Origin: Utricularia gibba
Taxonomy: Eukaryota; Plantae; Magnoliophyta
DNA: 64,000 nt
Direction of reading: 5' to 3'
Assembly: GCA_002189035.1 (NCBI GenBank)
Contig: CM007991.1
Location: 2,976,001 to 3,040,000 of the forward strand
Positions 60,001 to 64,000 of this stretch are shown here, piece by piece (position 1 is the first letter of the stretch; each line of letters begins with the position of its first letter). Made by a program: the position numbers and the translations under genes. The notes beneath the pieces are model-generated. The model saw only the letters and a program-made list of their open reading frames with translations. It was not told where the DNA came from and did not search any database.

Positions 60001-62780
60001 CTCACCAAATTTTTGCTTTACAAGAGCTCCATTACGCCAGTCTGATGAATTAATCTACAAAAAATAACCACCTAGATTATCTTTCCTAGTATAGTGTACT
60101 ACGAATCAATGGGGAAAAAAATTAAGAGAGAGAGAGAGAGAAAGAGAGAGATCACACACACAGGTAAAAGACAACCAATGGTTTATACAGCCTCAAAGAT
60201 ACTATATAGCGGGATGCACAAAATTGCAATAAACTTAATCTAGAGAGAAAAAATGATGCAGTCCGATAGTAAATTCCAAACACTTTGTTGCTGCTTTCTG
60301 GTAAGACAAATAGGATGCCAAGTTAGAGAGTTGTGTATGGTCAAATCATCATTCATGTAATACAGCAAAAAGGTTTACCTCAATGATGCGAAATCCCTGA
60401 TCTCTCGCACAAGCATAGATAGCTGCAGATTTCCCGCTCTACATTTAAAGAAAGATATCAACAATCAGAAAGCTTATACGAAAAGGAACTTGTGGCAGCA
60501 GTATTATCCATGAACCAAAACAAAAAGACAATATAACAAGATGTTGCTTTTGCAGCTATCAAGAATGAATTAAACCTAGATGAGATAAACTTATCATACT
60601 GGGATTTAGGATAGAATTCTAGAAATGAAGAAAGTGAAAAGATAGAATGTATACCCCAACAGGGCCGGTAACTAAGAGAACACTCCCGAAGCCATCATCA
60701 ACATCATGTGCCTCAGAATCACTTTGTTGATAGCTACGATCAGAATCATACATAGCTGAATCGTCATCATCCAGAGAAACTTGCTGACATGAAGTATCCT
60801 TTTTGTGCCAGAGCTGGAGCCACTCACTAATGCTTTCCACTGATTCACCATTCCCACACATCTTATGGGATAAAAGAAAATGAGAGTTATGATTTTATAA
60901 TGAGAAATCCCGATATTCAGTTGGTATAAAATCCTCCCATGTGTCACAGAGTTCATATATAATCGAGCCAAAACTACCCTCACCCAATATAGAAGTATCA
61001 AGATTACCTGTTTAGCACCATGAGGCTGGTACTTGTCTGTCCATAGGCTATATGCTCGCTGGCCATTAAATTTGTATTCCTGGTAATAGAGGTCAAGGAA
61101 CTCTCATAAGAATGATTACTGACTGTCGCAAATGTTTAATATCTTTCCATTTCAAAGATTGCCAACATCCATAACACTGCATATTACCTGCAAAAGCTCA
61201 GTTGATCTGGAAAATATTTCCTTATGATCCCTCTCCTCATCACTATGTACGAATTTCTTAACAACATTCAGAAAGCCATCCAATTTTAAGGAGCCAACAC
61301 ATCTGTTGCCAGCTGCTGAATTTTCATTTTCGACACTACCAAATGAACTTTCTGAAAAATCCCAACACCCCCAATCAAGGGATCCATCCTCATCCTGCAT
61401 GTATGCAGATTTTTCAATTAGTGTTTTATAGGCGTAAAATAACTCCTGTACAAGCAATATCGATAATTCACCTCAGAGTTCTGCAGTATATGGATAGGGT
61501 GAAAATCCAGGCCCCTTTCCTTCTTCTCAGAAGTTTCTGAGTGAGTGAGATGTTGGCTTGGTCTCACCCCTTTCCAAAATGTAAAAAATGGGTGTGTTTT
61601 TCGTCCTGCAAACATCCTGCAAGATTCCTACACAGAAAAAAAATATTTTTAGGCTAGAAAATGGTATTTACAAGTAAAACGTTCTGCAATTTTCTCCTTA
61701 AACAAGAAAGACTCCAAAACAATGAAACTCAGATCTCACAAACAAACCTCTGCAGCCAACTTAGCCTCCAACCTTAGATCAGGAATTGCCTGTGATGTCT
61801 GCCCATCAGTGGAAAGGTCAAACGGGATCCCATCCAATAGATTTTTGCAGCGTTTCATCTTTTTATTGGGTGTTGAACTTTTGCCGTGCTTCCTTGGGGT
61901 TGTGGTTTGCTTTTCCTTCTTAGTAGTAGGTGTCCCATCTGAGAGCATATTAATCATGATACAGATACAACATACCATTGAACAGAATTCAACAGGGGTT
62001 TGGGGCATCACAAAGAAAGCTTATAGAAAAAGGTAAGGGATGTTTTAAAAAAATGAATATTCCATTAAATAAAGGTGAATGCCATTAAATTTTTGACAGG
62101 GGCTTAAGATGATTCTACCCGCAATAAGGCTTGTGGGCCAACAGATTTCTTTAGTTCCTTCATGTGAATTCATTATCTCATCTTCATGCTCTTTCTGCAG
62201 CTGAATGGCCTTCCTTTGAGAACTGGAGTCTGTAACAAGACTTGAAAATTAAGCACCAACATTAACCTTTCTTGCGGCCAACCATATCTCGGCATTATTT
62301 TCACTTACTGGGAATCACAGGAAAATCACCATTACAAATTCGGTTGCTGGATGCAGCGATCCCATTTTTAATAACCTGGAACATCGAATCCACCGCAGAG
62401 AAAAGAAGAATTATTCATCAAGTTCTTATGTTTACTGAACCACCATGCATCAAAACCCCGAATATAATAAAAGATACAAGTCTACAGACCAACAATTCTG
62501 CACCCAATTTCAAAAACAAAGCAAAACAAAACATACGGCCAATTATAAGCCGAATGACGGCACAAACCTCCCCAGAGCATGATTCAGGAATTGTCGTACA
62601 CTTCTGATTTGGCCTCAAACAACTCCCCCGACGCTTTTTGCTACTGACATTGAAGTCGGCTTCACTGATCGCAATAGCCACTCTATCTTTATTGCAATTC
62701 TGCGCTCCTTTGATGCAATTCCCCTGTTGAGGAAACAATGTAGACTGAACCAGCCGCCTCCTAACCTCCCTCCCTTCCAT
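57017..62780 (-). CDS. ATAD5/ELG1-like P-loop AAA+ clamp-unloader subunit
   Basis: RRRLVQSTLFP; ESISEWLQLWH; Walker A split by an intron (TGPVG/SGKSAAIYACARDQGFRIIE); VLFEDVD...TSKRPIILTSN; C-terminal AFHEYMSTLSQISR...QHYLSSG. Internal exon boundaries not all resolved. Confidence 0.82.
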
Positions 62781-63268
62781 AACCGATATAAGACCTGAAT
62801 TGCAGGTGGGCACCTTCAATTCTTCAGAAAATTGCAGGTGGATTGGGCAAAAAAGGAATACTGCTTCAACTGTAGTATTGGTTATACGATTCCATGCAGA
62901 GTATTATCAAATCTATGATTTATACGAATCTGGAATTTTCAGCGCTAGAAGACGGACTCTCCCGCGCCATCTAAAAAATACACAGATTTCAATCCATTCT
63001 TTTGATTCCATTCTCCTCCCTCTCAAGCAAACAAAAAGTTCCGAGCCCAGAACGATTGGGCCATAGTTAAAAGTTGGCCCAACTATAGAATGCTATTTTT
63101 TGAAGATGAGAAAAAGAAAAAAAAGAGCTATTTTCAGGGAGGGGGTCGGAATCTCTGCATTTCCATTTCGCAACCGTGCATCCGCGAGTTTTCACGGCGT
63201 CGTTGGCGATCTTCCACCGAACAGTAGTGTATTTATTAAAGATTAAAAGGAACCGACGCAATTAAGAG

Positions 63269-63931
63269 ATGGTGGTTGAATCGTTTGCGGAAAGCGGGAA
63301 ATCATTGGCGGCGCCGGCGATTTTCCTCCTCGTGTTGGTTTTCAATGTCGGCTACAAGTATATTGAATTATGCAAGAAGAAGGTAAGTCGTGATTAGTCA
63401 TCATTTTGGTTGTAAATTTTTTAGAATACAATCGAAGTAGAGAAATTGATGATATTCAGAAGTTATCATGTGGTGGTAAGTTTCTACGGTTTATACAGTT
63501 TTGTGAGGTGTGTGATGCAGAAAATGGCGATGAGTAATTCTGATATACAACTGCAAGCAGAAATTAAAGAGCTTCTGAGGGAGGCTAATTCCTTGTCACA
63601 GTGAGTCATGGAATTTCTTCAAAGCTCACTGCAGATTGTGAATAATTTCATTTAATTTAGTTGAAGATGATAATCTAAGTACTTACTTCGCGTGTCATCA
63701 TCTAATGGAGTACATGATCAGTAATCCGTTTTGAAACTAACGAGTTTGGAATTGGAAACTAGAATTCACGTGTGTTCCTGGGGCTAGAATGCTTTCATAC
63801 GAAGAGCACAATGGCTAGGATGATGATTTTCTTACTGTGATTGTTTATCCTTCACTTCAGACCTTCAACTTTTGCACAAGCTGCAAAATTGAGAAGACAG
63901 GCAGCAGCGAAGGAGAAGGAACTTGCCAAAA
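63269..63931 (+). CDS. GET1: GET1/WRB-like tail-anchored protein receptor; first three exons, continues past the window
   Basis: Exons 63269-63382, 63521-63600, 63861-63931. SLAAPAIFLLVLVF (TM), [34 protein letters not shown]. Confidence 0.85.
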
Positions 63932-64000
63932 GTAAGGAGCTCTTTCATGCAGTGGTTTCTCTATGTCGTTACAGACTTAGTAGCATTTGGAAATTTGTGG

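Overview
This is plant (eudicot) nuclear DNA from a very compact genome: about 25 protein-coding genes in 64 kb, introns mostly 65-120 nt, and short intergenic gaps. The style fits a miniaturised genome such as Lentibulariaceae, which is inference only. Gene order, left to right: ER HSP90 (partial; solo LTR in intron 2, ERSE in promoter), FREE1, small bZIP, LARP1, CRAL-TRIO/GDAP2-like, tRNA pseudouridine synthase, MIR394, DUF241, DWA2, O-fucosyltransferase, OHP2, DHHC S-acyltransferase, WD40 protein, MFL1, RZ-1A, PRAF/RLD, SKIP15, trihelix factor, AhpC/TSA thioredoxin-like, TOL, a decayed PMT methyltransferase pseudogene, BTB, B-sister MADS, BTB, GNAT, ATAD5/ELG1-like, GET1 (partial). Main caveat: at least 12 frameshifts in about 10 otherwise intact genes are nearly all one base missing, mostly from a homopolymer run. 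This looks like consensus error rather than pseudogenisation. The best novel candidate is a gene-free segment at about 43.3-44.2 kb whose minus strand carries a miR156-complementary site with a 3-nt bulge opposite miRNA positions 10/11, the geometry of a target mimic. Gene names come from my recall of Arabidopsis orthologues; no database search was run.
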